The notes beneath the pieces are model-generated. The model searched no databases and had not been told where the DNA came from. It saw only the letters and a list, made by a program, of their open reading frames with translations. The translations under genes and the position numbers were made by a program. Shown piece after piece: positions 35,560 to 48,357 of a stretch of DNA of 64,000 nt; the stretch's first letter is position 1, and each line of letters starts with the position of its first letter. The stretch covers positions 10,416,001 to 10,480,000 of the forward strand of contig JBHGNT010000022.1 in assembly GCA_043228905.1 (NCBI GenBank). The letters are read 5' to 3'. The stretch comes from Azolla caroliniana. Taxonomy: Eukaryota; Plantae; Polypodiophyta.

Positions 35560-38113
35560 CTCATATGGTGGATCTGGTTTTTGGCAAGGTGTGATGGAGT
35601 ATGCAAGAAAAGGGAAGGTTCAAGTGAAGGAATTAAAAAGCGCGGGTGATGAAATACGGAACTTCACTGGATGGAATGATCCAGTAGACACACTATCAGC
35701 ATTTGCCCAAGTGAATGTACAAGATGCACTAGTGGAAGAGAAGCGAAAGAGAGCTGAGGAAGTTGATTCGGCAAAGAAATATGAGACAGAAAAACAACTT
35801 CAGAGAAGAGAGATGGAAAAGGATGCTCTTGAGTCAAAAGAAGCTAATAAAGTCAAAGGGAAGACAGACCCAACTTTTAAGCTTGCTTCGGACACAGAAG
35901 CCACGAAGGATATAAAACATGTCATGGAAGAAGTTACGAGAGAATGTGCAGCAACAAGTCTCCAAGATTTGGATCATGAATCCATCAATATTGCAGGTGT
36001 AAAGAAGGTAAATGATGTTGGGATTCATGAAGGGGATAGGAGTCATTATACAAAGAACCATTGGGCTCAAGCAACAACGGAGGCGCCTACAAAAATTACG
36101 GAGCAACAGATTCCTTGTATTGCTTTGATAGATCATGGATCAGAAATTAACATGATGTTGTCGGAATGTTGTGCTCAAGGAAGCTAGCCAATCGATAAGA
36201 ATCATGGGTCGAAGAAAAGAGTTACAACAGAGATGACGGAGGATCAATTCGGAGCATGTCCCAGTGTGAAAGCAACAATGGGAGATGTGTCGGTGGATGA
36301 AAATTACTATGTGCAAGATGGATCAACCTACCCTGTCATCCTTGGTCAACCATACATCAGCGTAGTGAGTATGGAAACAAAGGATGGTGAACCATACATC
36401 AACGTAGTAAGGATGGAAAGAACTGTGATTAATGATGATTCAACTTTCGCGAGGATCAAGAGTCAGGATGGAAGGAAGAGGGGCCATATCTTAACCATGA
36501 TGCCTAACCATGAAAGAAACAAAGAATGCTTGAGGGGACATCCAGTTCAGAAACGGAATGAAGAGTTTTTCCAAGACTTTGGATGAACTTCGCACAACTA
36601 GTGTGCAAGTTCAGAGGGGGTGGTTGTCGTGAAGGATTTGCTTCACGATATAAAAATAAACTTGAATATTGTATTAAGTAACATTTGAGAGACTTGAACC
36701 CGTAACCTCACACACCAAGGATAAAGCATATACCATTAGGATAAGTTATTTTCTATAGTTATATTTTTATCACAATACTTATGACATGTGTATCTTCATA
36801 CATTAGAGCTTAGATGAGTATGATGGCTATCATGCATCACATGTAAAGCATTTGCGCCAAATGGCAATCATGCATGCCATGCATGCCATGCACCCCCATA
36901 TCATCATATACATGAGAGAACCTATAAAGAGAGGCAAGGAATTAAGGGATGGATCAAGGGGGAAAATAGGGAAATGAATCAAGAGAAAGTGAGAAAATAA
37001 TACAATCAAGAAAAGAAGACTAGCTCATTGGGTGGAGAACCTCTCGTTTCGAAGTTGAGGTCGTGGGTTCAAATCAAGGGTCGGTAGAGAATGTGTTTAG
37101 TTTGCGATCAAGGATTGTAAAGTTGGTAAAATATTGTCTTTTTAATATACATCATGTTTATATCAAATACTCTTGCTTCTTGATTCATACTTTGTCTCAA
37201 TCTTCCTTATTAAATCATATTTTGTCTCTATCTTGCTTCTTGAATCATATATTGTCTCTATCTTCTATCTATTCTCATCTCTCTCTCACACACACATTAC
37301 TCGTAACTCTTCTTCTTGCTACTCTTAACCGTTCTAACATCACCATACAAGCCTTATTAAAATTTAAGTTCCTTCAGCTCCCCTTAACCTTCGTCCCTGC
37401 GACTTCGCCGCACGAACCACAACTACCCCGACAACGTAAAGGTTCGCCGAGAATCGGGAAAGGCGTGCGACTCGTCACGGTTTCGACAGATTGTCGGAAG
37501 CCTCGTCTACTTGACGATCACTCGACCGGATCTCAGCTACCTAGTTGGAATGATCAGTCAATTTATGTCGTAGCCCACGACCGAACACCTTTAGTTCATG
37601 CAAAGGATATTATGATATGTCAATGGCACGAAAGACATGGCGTTGTTGTATCGGGCAGGCGTAGCCGAACAATTAGTTGGCTACAGAGATGCCGATTGGG
37701 CCGGAAATGCCCATGATCGTAGATCCACATACTGATACACATTCTCATTGGGAAGTACGGCAATCGCATGGAGGATTAAGAAGCAACTGATAGTAGCGTT
37801 GTCAAGCACGGAGGCCTAATATCAAGGGGCGACTGTCGTTACGTGCGAAGTCATTTGGTTGAAACGTCTATTATGGGATCTACATGTGGAGGTGTCTGAT
37901 CTGACGATGATCTATTGCAACAACCTCAACACCATCAACCTTGCGAAAAACTCTGTATTCCTCGTCCAGACCAAGCACATTAAGGTGCACTATCATTTTT
38001 TCCATGAGCGTGTCCTTTCTGGTGAAGTTGAACTAGCGTATCTTGCGACGGGTCGGCAGATTGCCGACATCTTTACCAAGGCCCTTGGTCTCGACAAGTT
38101 GTGGCATTTCTCG

Positions 38114-38812
38114 GGTGAGCTGGGTTTGCGTCACCTTGACACGCCTAACTTGATGGGGAGACAGGAACAAGAGCATGAAAGGAGCGGTAGTGACCGCGAT
38201 GCCAAATCGAATGAAAAAGCCGAAGAAGAAAACAGAGGTCGTAATCACAAGGAAGAGCCGAAGACAGCCAAACAAAGGGGAAATACTGCCAAGAAGGGCG
38301 TAAAGACCAAGACCAATACGAGGTCAGATGTTATCAAGGGTTTGAAGGTGAGCTAGGTTTGCGTCACCTTGACACGCCTAACTTGAGGGGGAGACAGGAA
38401 CAAGAGCATGAAAGGAGCGGTAGTGACCGCGATGCCAAATCGAATGAAAAAGCCGAAGAAGAAAACAGAGGTCATAATCACAAGGAAGAGCCGAAGACAG
38501 CCAAACAAAGGGGAAATACTGCCAAGAAGGGCGTAAAGACCAAGACCAATACGAGGTCAGATGTTATCAAGGGTCTGAAGGTGAGCTAGGTTTGCGTAAC
38601 CTTGACACGCCTAACTTGAGGGGGAGACAGGAACAAGAGCATGAAAGGAGCGGTAGTGACCGCGATGCCAAATCGAATGAAAAGGCTGAAGAAGAAAACA
38701 AAGGTCGTAATCACAAGGAAGAGCCGAAGACAGCCAAACAAAGGGGAAATACTGCCAAGAAGGGCGTAAAGACCAAGACCAATACGAGGTCAGATGTTGT
38801 CAAGGGTCTGAA
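38114..38812 (+). repeat. 233-bp tandem repeat x3 covering the end of copia pol and its PPT-like tract
   Basis: GGTGAGCTxGGTTTGCGTxACCTTGACACGCCTAACTTGAxGGGGAGA at ~38114, 38347 and 38580. Confidence 0.92.
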
Positions 38813-39659
38813 AACAAAAGACGAATTGGAGACAGCCAATTCGGACAAAAGTTGAATTGAATTGGAAGTGACCTATTCAATCAAAATGTTCAATTCGGAC
38901 ATTATGAATCGATTGAGGGCCAAGCAGAGGAAAGGGCAGCGAAAGAGGCGCCAACACCGCGATAACAAGGGAGCTGAGAAGGGCCACATGAGCAGACAAG
39001 CCGACCGGAAGTGTCGAAGCGCGCGGAATCGAACGGGTCGAGGAGTGCGAGCGAGGCGTGAAGCCAGGAGAGACAAGCTCAACATTGGGTGCGTATACAC
39101 GTACGCAAAATATGGTCGTAGTGGTGTGTAAACCGAGAGGCCGTTAGAATGTTATTCCTCGTAAGGAATAATTTTGGGAGTAAGTGTAGGATGCTGATTT
39201 ATGAGCGGTCAAGTATTTTAAGTACTTGTGTCAGCCCAATAGTCAGGGCTTGTATAAAAGGTGCTCACTAACCACGAAGTATGTATAGAGAATTATTTTT
39301 TAATATAGTTTCGTTTCTTCTCTCTCTGTCTCTCCCTCTCTTTCTCTATGATTTCTACGTTTTACCAAACTGTCATACTTCTGAACTGTGTACTCTGTGT
39401 CTTTCGCATACGCTTCCAGACACGTATTCCTTTACAAAGGTTTTACCAACTCCGATTATGCCGACAATCCGCACAATCAGATGTTGACTTCAGGTTATGT
39501 CTTCATCTATGCAAGCGGAGCAATTTCGTGGAGGTCCAAACTCTAATAATGTACGACACTCTCTAGAGTAGAGGACAAATACATTTCCGCATTAGAGGTA
39601 GCAAAGGAAGCAATTTGGTTGCACTGACTGTCGGCCGATTTTTCTACTAAGAGCCGAAT

Positions 39660-40468
39660 AACCTGAAATACTCCACCTTGTATTGCGACTCACAAAGCGC
39701 AATTCACCTCATGCAAAATCTCATTTACCACTCCAAGATGAAGAACATAGAGATGAGGTATCACTACATTTGGGAGATGGTCACTAACCAGAAAGCTCGA
39801 AGTCCGAAAGGTCGATACCAAGGTGAACATCCAACAACCTGACGAAGTTGCTCCCAGATCATTGGTTTCGAGCACTAGGGAGAAGGATGGAACTATAGCA
39901 AGCTAAGGAGAACAAGAAAGTTGAATAAGAAGAAGCCGACGGAGTCAAAAAGGCCGAAAGGATTCAAGATGATTGAAGGGCAGAAAGAGTTGAAAGGTGA
40001 TTCTAGGACCAAGGAGGTCTAGGAGAATCGAAGGCCGAAGGAGCCAAGGGCCAAATCGAGCATCGAGCCAAGTTGATCATTCCTAATTCGGGAATTAGTC
40101 TTTTAGCATGTAAATTCTAATTGTAATTCAAATTTAAATTGTATTTAAGTTTAGGGGGAGATCACCACTATATTGTTCTAATAATTTGAGTAGTCCATAT
40201 ACAGGGGAGTTTGTTGGACTAAAAGTCCTACTCCACCCATTAGTCTCTTAGTGTGAACACTCCCCAAGGGAGTTAGGGCTTATTTACCCTAAGTATAAAT
40301 AAGACGGAACTAAGTCTTGTAATATGTTCGACGGGTTTTGAATGTAGTAGTCTTTCTCTATCTCTATCTATTGTGTAAATTTCTAGTTCTCTCACTCTAT
40401 ACGTGTCTTGTAATTAAACAATACACTATCTTTCTTACTTGCTTAATGCGAGCTTGTTCCTACTAACA
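39660..40468 (+). mobile_element. Copia 3' relic: RNase H end, PPT and short LTR (~40210-40468)
   Basis: LYCDSQSAIHLMQN-like and IEMRYHYI sequence; AGGGGAGTT|TGTTGG...ACTAACA. Confidence 0.6.
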
Positions 40469-41279
40469 AGATCCTAATATTGATATTCCGGAAAAGTCGA
40501 CTAATCATATACTAATCGCCTAGGCACCATATTGTGCCATCAAGGAATGGATTTGAAAACATCTGATTGAGAGGATTCTATCTTAATACCAATGAAACCT
40601 CAACTTCGGGATGATGTATGAAAGTTGGTAGCCTCTAGAAGATGCCCGTTGGTAGCCTCTTTCTTATTGATTGAGAGGGCATCACTTTGCAATATTGCAT
40701 ATATACTTCAAAGGCACAAGATTAAGTCAAGCATTTTCCTAATTGTGTGAATCCTAAATTGGTTTCGAAGTTTGAGTAAGCCTATCTCACACTATTCCTC
40801 AAGTATTTTATAAATTGACTTGCTTGCATATTCCATAAATTTGTAGATAAGGATTTGTTTTTTCACATTTGCCCATCCCACAAATATGAGCCTACTTCCT
40901 AGAACGATATTGTGGAAATCCACTTTAGGAGTACTTTATACTATACACACAATCATATATTTAAATACAATATAACATGGAATGTCTCACGACCCTTGAA
41001 TGTGACATCTAACTAACAAAAAAAACTAGAGAAGATTGTGATTGTAAAGTTTAGAGAGTGCGTATTTGTAGGTTGCTATGTTTAATAGTCTTAAGGTTGC
41101 ATAAAAATTTATGCATCGGTTATTGATTATATAAAAGGGGTAGTCATTGTAGTAGATTCTCAAGAATATCAACATGAGTCATTGAATACAAGCTTCTTGT
41201 TTTGTATCTATATATTGTTTCTTTGGAGTTTGGTCTTCTTCTTGTAATATTGTTTTCCCTATAGTTGTGTAAGTGCAAC

Positions 41280-43430
41280 CATGTCAAACATTGCCACAAA
41301 AATCATGACGATGCTTTGGCAACTTCAAAATTTTGAGCCTACAACTCCACAGAGACATTGATGGATGCATTACAATTCTACCGATTGATATGTGACATCA
41401 AATGGGAGGACCAAGCTGTCCTCAATCAATTTCGACATGGGCTCCAAAACAATGTAAAATTATTTCTCAACATACTTGAGCTAGTTACCCTTGATGAGGC
41501 AATTGCCTAGATTTAAACATCACAAATGACAATGCACTAAACATCTATGACTATTAGTGCTAACATTGACAATGCCTCCAATGGTCACAAACCCAACAAT
41601 ATTTGCTATAGTTATGACTCCTTGGATATAGATAAAGTCCAACTCCAATTGCTCATGAGAAAATCGTGGGGATGACAACATCTACAAATAATGTTGAAAA
41701 CCAAGATGCATGATCCACCTTTCCCAAGAAGTAGAAACAGTTGGCAAGTGGCCATGGTCAATAGAATAGACCAATCGAGAATTGAGAATCCTAGGACACA
41801 ATAGCAAGAATCAATCTACACCACACCACCATCACAATTTAAATGGAAACTCCAAACCCCCAACTAATTGTACCTAGAGTTTCACAATTCTTAGACACCT
41901 CATTGGCATTGTATTGAATATGGAGGCAAAACCTTGTTTCATTGACATGGCCTACACTAAATGTGTGGGCGTGTCGATTATTACATATGCAACAATTATT
42001 TTGCTTCTTCAAGTACGACCACATCTCAAACCTCAATTTTACCACATTTGCAAAAAAAGAAAGATGGAGCCTAAGTCTCAATGTTGATGGAGGCATGAAT
42101 TGACTAACCATTTGGAATCACTACCTTTGCTTGTGATCCATGAGCTCCTTGCTTGCCTTCAAATAGGAAAGCTATTTCCAAACTTTATATCTGTGGGGCC
42201 TTCAATTTGGTTTGCATTAGGCCTAATGATGAATGGAAAACAACATTCTGCACTCGATATGAGCATTTCAAGTAGATAATGATATCCTTCAAACTCACAA
42301 ATGCTTGAATTGTTTTCAGCAATGAGTAAATGACATCTTTAAGAAATACATTGACCAATTCATCATGGTCTACCTTAAAGAAGTCTTGGTTTTTTTCAAG
42401 AGTCCAATGGAACAAAATGGTGGCATCTACCTCATCCTCACCCAAATGGTCACATTCGCCTCACAAAGTGTCCCACATTGGAGGTCCATGGCTATGTAAT
42501 CTCTTCAGACGAATATAAAGTTGTAGCTATCCGAGCATGGGAAGCCCAAATCCATGTGAAGGAAGTGCAATCCAATGAGCACCAACTCTTTCGCAATTTC
42601 TTTGCACTAGTTAAACTCGTGATAGCTCTTACTCGCAAGGATTGGCCATTTTGATGGACACAAGAGGCTTCGGGAGGCATTAGGGCATTGAAGATCTTGA
42701 AGGAACATTTCACTAAGGCCCTTATTCTTGTCTATCAAGGTCAAGGCCAATTCTTTTTATACGTAGAGCAAAGCTTCTGGTTTTGTTAGCAGGTTTACAC
42801 CTCCCAATATCAATTACATCTTGTTTGTACAATAAGGAAATAGTTTCCACAGTGTTTTTGTTTTAGGAAGGATGAGACTACTTGATTGGTGCGGAACATC
42901 GAATCCAAGTAGTGACAAACTGTAAGAATTAGGTCTACTTCATGAGCATGAGGATAGGTTTGATGGTGAACTCCCTCTCTCCACATGCAGAGCTGGTGAT
43001 TGTACATGAGATATAGCTTAAGACCAACAATTAAGTGAAGTTTTTTTTGAGCTATATGCTACTTTTAATGGATTTGATCATCATTGACACCTAAACAACT
43101 ATAACCAATGATCCCCCCCCCCCCCCCCCCTCTAAACAAAGATCTCTACACACAAATGATCTATACTAATTTATGATCAAATATGGGCTCTTTCTCTAGA
43201 ACAAATGCATCTACATACTAGATAGACAATGATGATTCATGGAAATGCAATGGTTAAGCATTTCAGGATGGAGAACACTCTTCAACTAGCAATGTGAAAC
43301 TATTGATGGCTACAAAATCATGTGATATGTGTGCTTGTTCCAAGGCTTGGCATCTTTGTCTCTACAACCTACTTTAACTAATTTTAGTTTTGACCTAATC
43401 ATGGTCTTCAATTTCAGCAGACTTCAGAAA
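41280..43430 (+). pseudogene. Highly degenerate Ty3/gypsy gag-pol
   Basis: DIKWEDQAVLNQFRHGLQNNVK (gag) ~41395; DEWKTTFCTRYEHF (RT) ~42227; remnants of RNase H and integrase. Confidence 0.7.
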
Positions 43431-43619
43431 TGTAAGGTTCTAACATCACATCTTGATGATGTCTTGCTTATCTATTGAAGAAACAGACATCTTCCCTGTA
43501 GTTGATTCTCAAGAACATCAGCATAGGTTATTGAATCCAAGCTTCTTGTTTTCTTTTTCCAAAAAAACACTACTTCCATTAGTTAAGGCAATGTACATAG
43601 GATAATATACAACTCATAT

Positions 43620-44900
43620 CTTACAGGCCACCTTGCATGTCAAAAGAAAACAATATGTGTAGAGGAAACAACAAAAACAACTCCAAAACACCACATCATT
43701 CGATGAGCATAGCATTACCCGAACGCATACTCTCCATGTGAGCCTCAAACAAGCCGAATTCAGCATAGATGTCCTCCAATCACTTCTCATGACAACACCC
43801 ATCTAGATGTTAGGTACACTCGGAAGGAACAACCACCGTGGTGGTTGATAATTCCACTTCGATTTACCATCCACCATCTGTAGCATCGACGAACCGCTCC
43901 ATTTCAGAAGGAACTGAGCTCTAGCTTCTTCATTTGCGTCTGAGGTCCCTTGAAGACTTTCAAACTCTCCTCGTAACGTAGAAATAAGATTAAACTAGAT
44001 CATCATTAAATTCTCAGCCAATGGGGTTCGCTTACCTGCGAAAGTCTCCTTACACCTAGATACCCACACTTGCCAAACCGTAAGGCCGACCACTAATAAC
44101 CATATGTCCACGTAGCGTTCCTATAAGAAGAATGAACCTCATTGCGTTGGTTGTACAGTTCCTTGCATCGCCTTTAAAGAAGGACTATTTCCATTCCACC
44201 CTTGAAACCACGCAACCGATTCAATGGCCAACCAAGTGACTACTGCGCTCGATACATGAACCTCAACCTTGAACCGAGCCAAGATTCTTAAGCTCCTTAG
44301 CCAAATTTCTTGGGTTCGTGGGCAACACCACAAACAATGTGCAATGTCCTCCAAGCTCGCACTACAGGCCTTGAAACTACTCATGCCACCTCTATTCCCA
44401 AGCCACTCTCCCGTTGGAACAACCCGATGGGTGATTAACCAGAAAAACACTTTCACCTGCTCGGGAAGCGATGAGTTCCATATCTTGCTCCTGGTTCTAT
44501 CCACAAAGACTGAATCGACAAGCACATAGGCCCACTTCTCACGATACCAACATAACTTTCTCCCCAAGCGCATCGAGTATTCAAAGAAACCTAATGAGTT
44601 ATCTTGTTCTCCCTTCCACGTATATTCAACGGGATCCCATTCTAAGCACTCAAGAGGCTTGCCTTCAACCACGTACGAGATCTAGTACTCCTCAACTTCT
44701 TCGACTGGTGGATTCACCTTGCATTTCTTTCCGTCTCTTGCCACAATTCTAATCGGGTACTAGCTTGCACTTTCATCTATTGATCCCAACTGGACAATCT
44801 TCCCATTCTTTCCTAGACCCCTAACATTGATAATTTTTCCGGTATCATCACATTGTCCGGACCATTCACCCTATTCCTCACTACCAATAGGAAATGAGTA
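43620..44900 (-). mobile_element. LINE (L1-like) ORF2 3' fragment with zf-RVT
   Basis: KIWNSSLPEQVKVFFWLITHRVVPT...CSASLEDIAHCLWCC. Confidence 0.75.
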
Positions 44901-45139
44901 GACAATTGTATTGACTAGGCCAAGCTTCTTGTTTTGTCTCCATATCGTCTTTTGTGACACCATAAAATCAAACATTAAAGATAGTGGAGCATGATTCTAG
45001 AATAAGGTATTCATTTCACATGTTATGTGAAGATGTCTAGGTTTAAGCTTTAAATGGGTACGTCATGCAAACTTGCAACAAAATATGCATATAAATCACC
45101 TTAAACTATTAACTATTGATGTTTATTAACTTATAATAG

Positions 45140-48064
45140 GAGGCATTACCAGGATCTACGTAATTTGCCATATGAATTGTTGAATTAAGTTGAGTCTTTT
45201 TTTGGTGATTGGTGGGTTGTTGATGCCTCTTCCACATACAAATACATGCAACTATTATCACAATTAATAGAGATGCTAGTACACCGCACACTATTCTAAT
45301 AATCAAAGGTTTATGATTTTTTCTTGGCGTTGTTGGCATTGATGGTGAGGAAGCTGGAGATGGAGGATTCAAGTTACTAGAATTGATTTCGTCGGTAATT
45401 GGATCAATAAACTGACGAACATTTTGAGTAAGTATCTATCGCGACAAAAAACCGTTTAAAATATCGTACTTCACACTTTAAAAGCGGAGTTCTGAACAGA
45501 TCGAACCGACACGTCATGAAATATTCCGAGCTACTTAAAGATTTCACTAAGGCGTATGAGCCTTCGAGTTACAATCGTCATGAATTGAATTACGACCAAA
45601 CAGCTGGAATAAAAAGTTGTTTCCTTCATATCTACACATCATGATATCAATGTTTATATACCTGTTAACCTTGAAAATGTTTTCAATACTATTGTATACT
45701 TTCCACAACACATACGATATTATGTAGTACTCCAATGCACATTTAGAAAGGTGAGTTGTTTAACATACTTTAAAACAAGCCCTTCCTTTTGTTGCAGTGC
45801 AGTTGGAATCAGTCCACTAAAGTTGTTGTTTGACAAATCACTAGAAATTAATGACAATGAGAAGGTGTATAACTACAATGTTTAATGATTTTAGAGAACG
45901 TAAGGATCCTTACAGATATTTCAACTTTGTCAATTTCCTAAGTGACGTAGGGATTGACCCAGTTAATTTGTTATTGCTCAAATTTCTACATAGTTAACAT
46001 AAGTGTAATGAATGTTAGGATATGATAGAATATTGTTGTATGCCCTTGTTGAATAAATGAATACAATATAATGACTTTAGTAATAAGCTTTTATATTCAC
46101 ATGTTGTTCTTAATGAGGTACAATTAAACATTTATATGCATCCATATATGTACATTTGTGCAATGCATGTAGTTAATATTAGTAAACAACATTTACAATA
46201 CTTCAAGATATAGCAAATTGTTCAAGTCAAGGAGTGGTCCTTCCAAAGAATTGTTGTCTAGAAGGCTACATAACTTGGTGGTTGACCAAATAAGTTCTCA
46301 CACCTTTTGAAATTGATTTTAAATTTGTTATGTGTAGAAGAAAGTGTAAAAGCATCATCTTACATTTGAACAAGTTGATCAAGATTGTTGATGCTTGAGG
46401 GGAAACTTCCATCTATGTTATAATTAGATAAGGATCTATTGACAACATATGTCAGTGAACACAGGTTAGTTTTCTCTTCAACATAATGTGAATACTATAC
46501 GTTTGAATTTTAATACACCCACATCGATGTTACCATGGGAGGAGAAACATCCTTAGTACAACCAATCCATGGATATTTATAATCGAAAGGCAAACAAGGA
46601 TCTCCCATGAAGATACTGAAATTTGGTAAGGCAACCTTGATCCCGTGTACACTCAATTCTATTCAAATAGCACATCCAATACAAGATATTATTGAAGATG
46701 TTGGTGCAATATATCAAAAACATTATCACTAATACTACTGCGTTAGTGAATTGTAAACCAACAACTTATCCTAAACGTTATGAAACGATTGAAGGCAACA
46801 CTTTAAACAACATTTATACATTTGTCAACAAAACAACATATTACATGCCAAAAGATCACCTTTAAAACTTGTAGACTTAACACATAAGTATAAGAGAGTC
46901 CACATGACACTAACTAGTATTACTATTTCAATTATTATGCTTAGTACTTTTATAACATGGATATTGCAAGTTCATGACTTGAGCAATCAAATTGGTGTTC
47001 TTCACATTCTAAGTTTACATGCACACTTCCTATGATACATGTCATAAACTATAATATCAAACTAGTCTATGAAGTCAAAGGATGCTCATTTGCAGTAATT
47101 CATTAAATAGTTAGTAAGTGATTTGAGCCCATTCTTAAGAATGATTTAAGCATCGGTTAGATCATAGATTATTGTGTACTCAAGGGCAATCTAAGTGTGG
47201 AGATGTATCTAGTGTAGGTTAGTATCTGAAGGGCTAGCTCATGTATGTGGACATTCTCTAAGTTGTTAATTCTCTTCAGTTTCATCGAAAAGCTGAACTA
47301 TGGAATATAAGAATCCTAGCCTTCATGACACATTAAACTCCTTGAATGATAGGTGAACCTCACCTATTATACTCATTAACAATAGTCATTAATCTCGAAT
47401 CCATCAATTATGAATTACGAAGGTGCACCTACTATGAACTAAATACTTAATGTAGAAGCTTCATCTATAAAACCAAATCTCCTTCAAAATTACGTAAGAA
47501 TCTTTAATCTATAGTGATACTTAAAATAAGCACTATTTATCCATACTTAATGTAGAAGAACATATGATCATTGGATGAGGTGGAGACAACCATGGGGTTG
47601 TCAAAGACTTGCATGACTTCAAGCCCAGAGAGAAAGGGGAGATATACAAAGGATGGGGAAGATTTGAGGCTGATATCGACATAGTCGATGTAAGGGCCAA
47701 AGGCACTAGGTGTGTAAATCGTGTACCAATTGTAGTGTCCAAAAGTACAATTGAACACATCGATATTGTTGATGGCAGGTACTCTGTTCACACTAATATC
47801 AAACACACGACCCATTATGATTTTAGGATCTAATTCTACAAAATATAAGTTGATGCCATAGGTGTGGCTTCTAGGTTGGCTAAAGTTGTACACGAGCCCA
47901 GTGGTTGTGGTGGCCATCACATTGGATTGCATCACCACCATTGGCACAAGGTCTAGCATGCTTGACACGTCTACTCTCTTGCTTGTCACATTCATGGGGC
48001 CAATTGTCGACGTGAACCAGAACTTGTCCAAACTATCCGTTGGGAATCTACAATGTTGGAACAA
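45140..48064 (-). pseudogene. Malectin-like + LRR + transmembrane receptor-like kinase gene fragment (LRR-I type); no kinase domain seen
   Basis: Malectin-like exon ~47535-48064 (INLYFVEL, RVFDISVN, LSGLEV); GDPCLPFDYKYPWIGC exon ~46525-46640; ~72-nt LRR exons at ~46364-46436, 46197-46265, 45914-45986 and 45770-45842; TM segment IVCGVLASLLIVIIVACICMWKR. Confidence 0.85.
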
Positions 48065-48357
48065 TATTATTTTGAATAGTATGAATGCACAAGCTAATTA
48101 ATAACATATCAAATTGAAAGGCAGATGCATGCATGCCCTTTTTTTTCCACTTTTAGTCTGTTTGTTTCTACAAATTTGTCGGTTCTCACTTCATTATCTT
48201 GTCAGCCACAAAGAATATAGGGTTACAATGTAATAAAAACATGCATGATCGATGCATTTGTATCATAACATGTTTCATGTTGCACCTAAATGTGAAACTG
48301 TCAAGTGAAACAATTACTCTCCCATAGAAAACATTGCTTTGTGATTTTTCAATGTAC

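Larger units (their letters stand above)
28032..37433 (+). mobile_element. Non-autonomous gypsy-related LTR element (gag + aspartic protease only; TR-GAG-like) with 809-bp LTRs at 28032-28840 and 36625-37433
   Basis: Near-identical LTRs TGTCG...CGACA; PBS-Trp 28845-28861; PPT ~36613-36623; ACGT TSD; gag 28880-29906 (CMWCDSIDHQKKNC); protease LIDHGSEIN ~36125; no RT or integrase. Confidence 0.92.
27699..38135 (+). pseudogene. Copia RT/RNase H relic (27699-28031 and 37434-38135) split by a nested LTR element
   Basis: LLLYVDDLVI, EMKDLGDLHYFL; removing the insert and one ACGT restores PLDRNVKVR; TKHIKVHYHF, QIADIFTKAL. Confidence 0.85.

Noticed and set aside
43111-43130. Poly-C run as a G-quadruplex element
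   Set aside because: A simple homopolymer within a decayed gypsy; no supporting context
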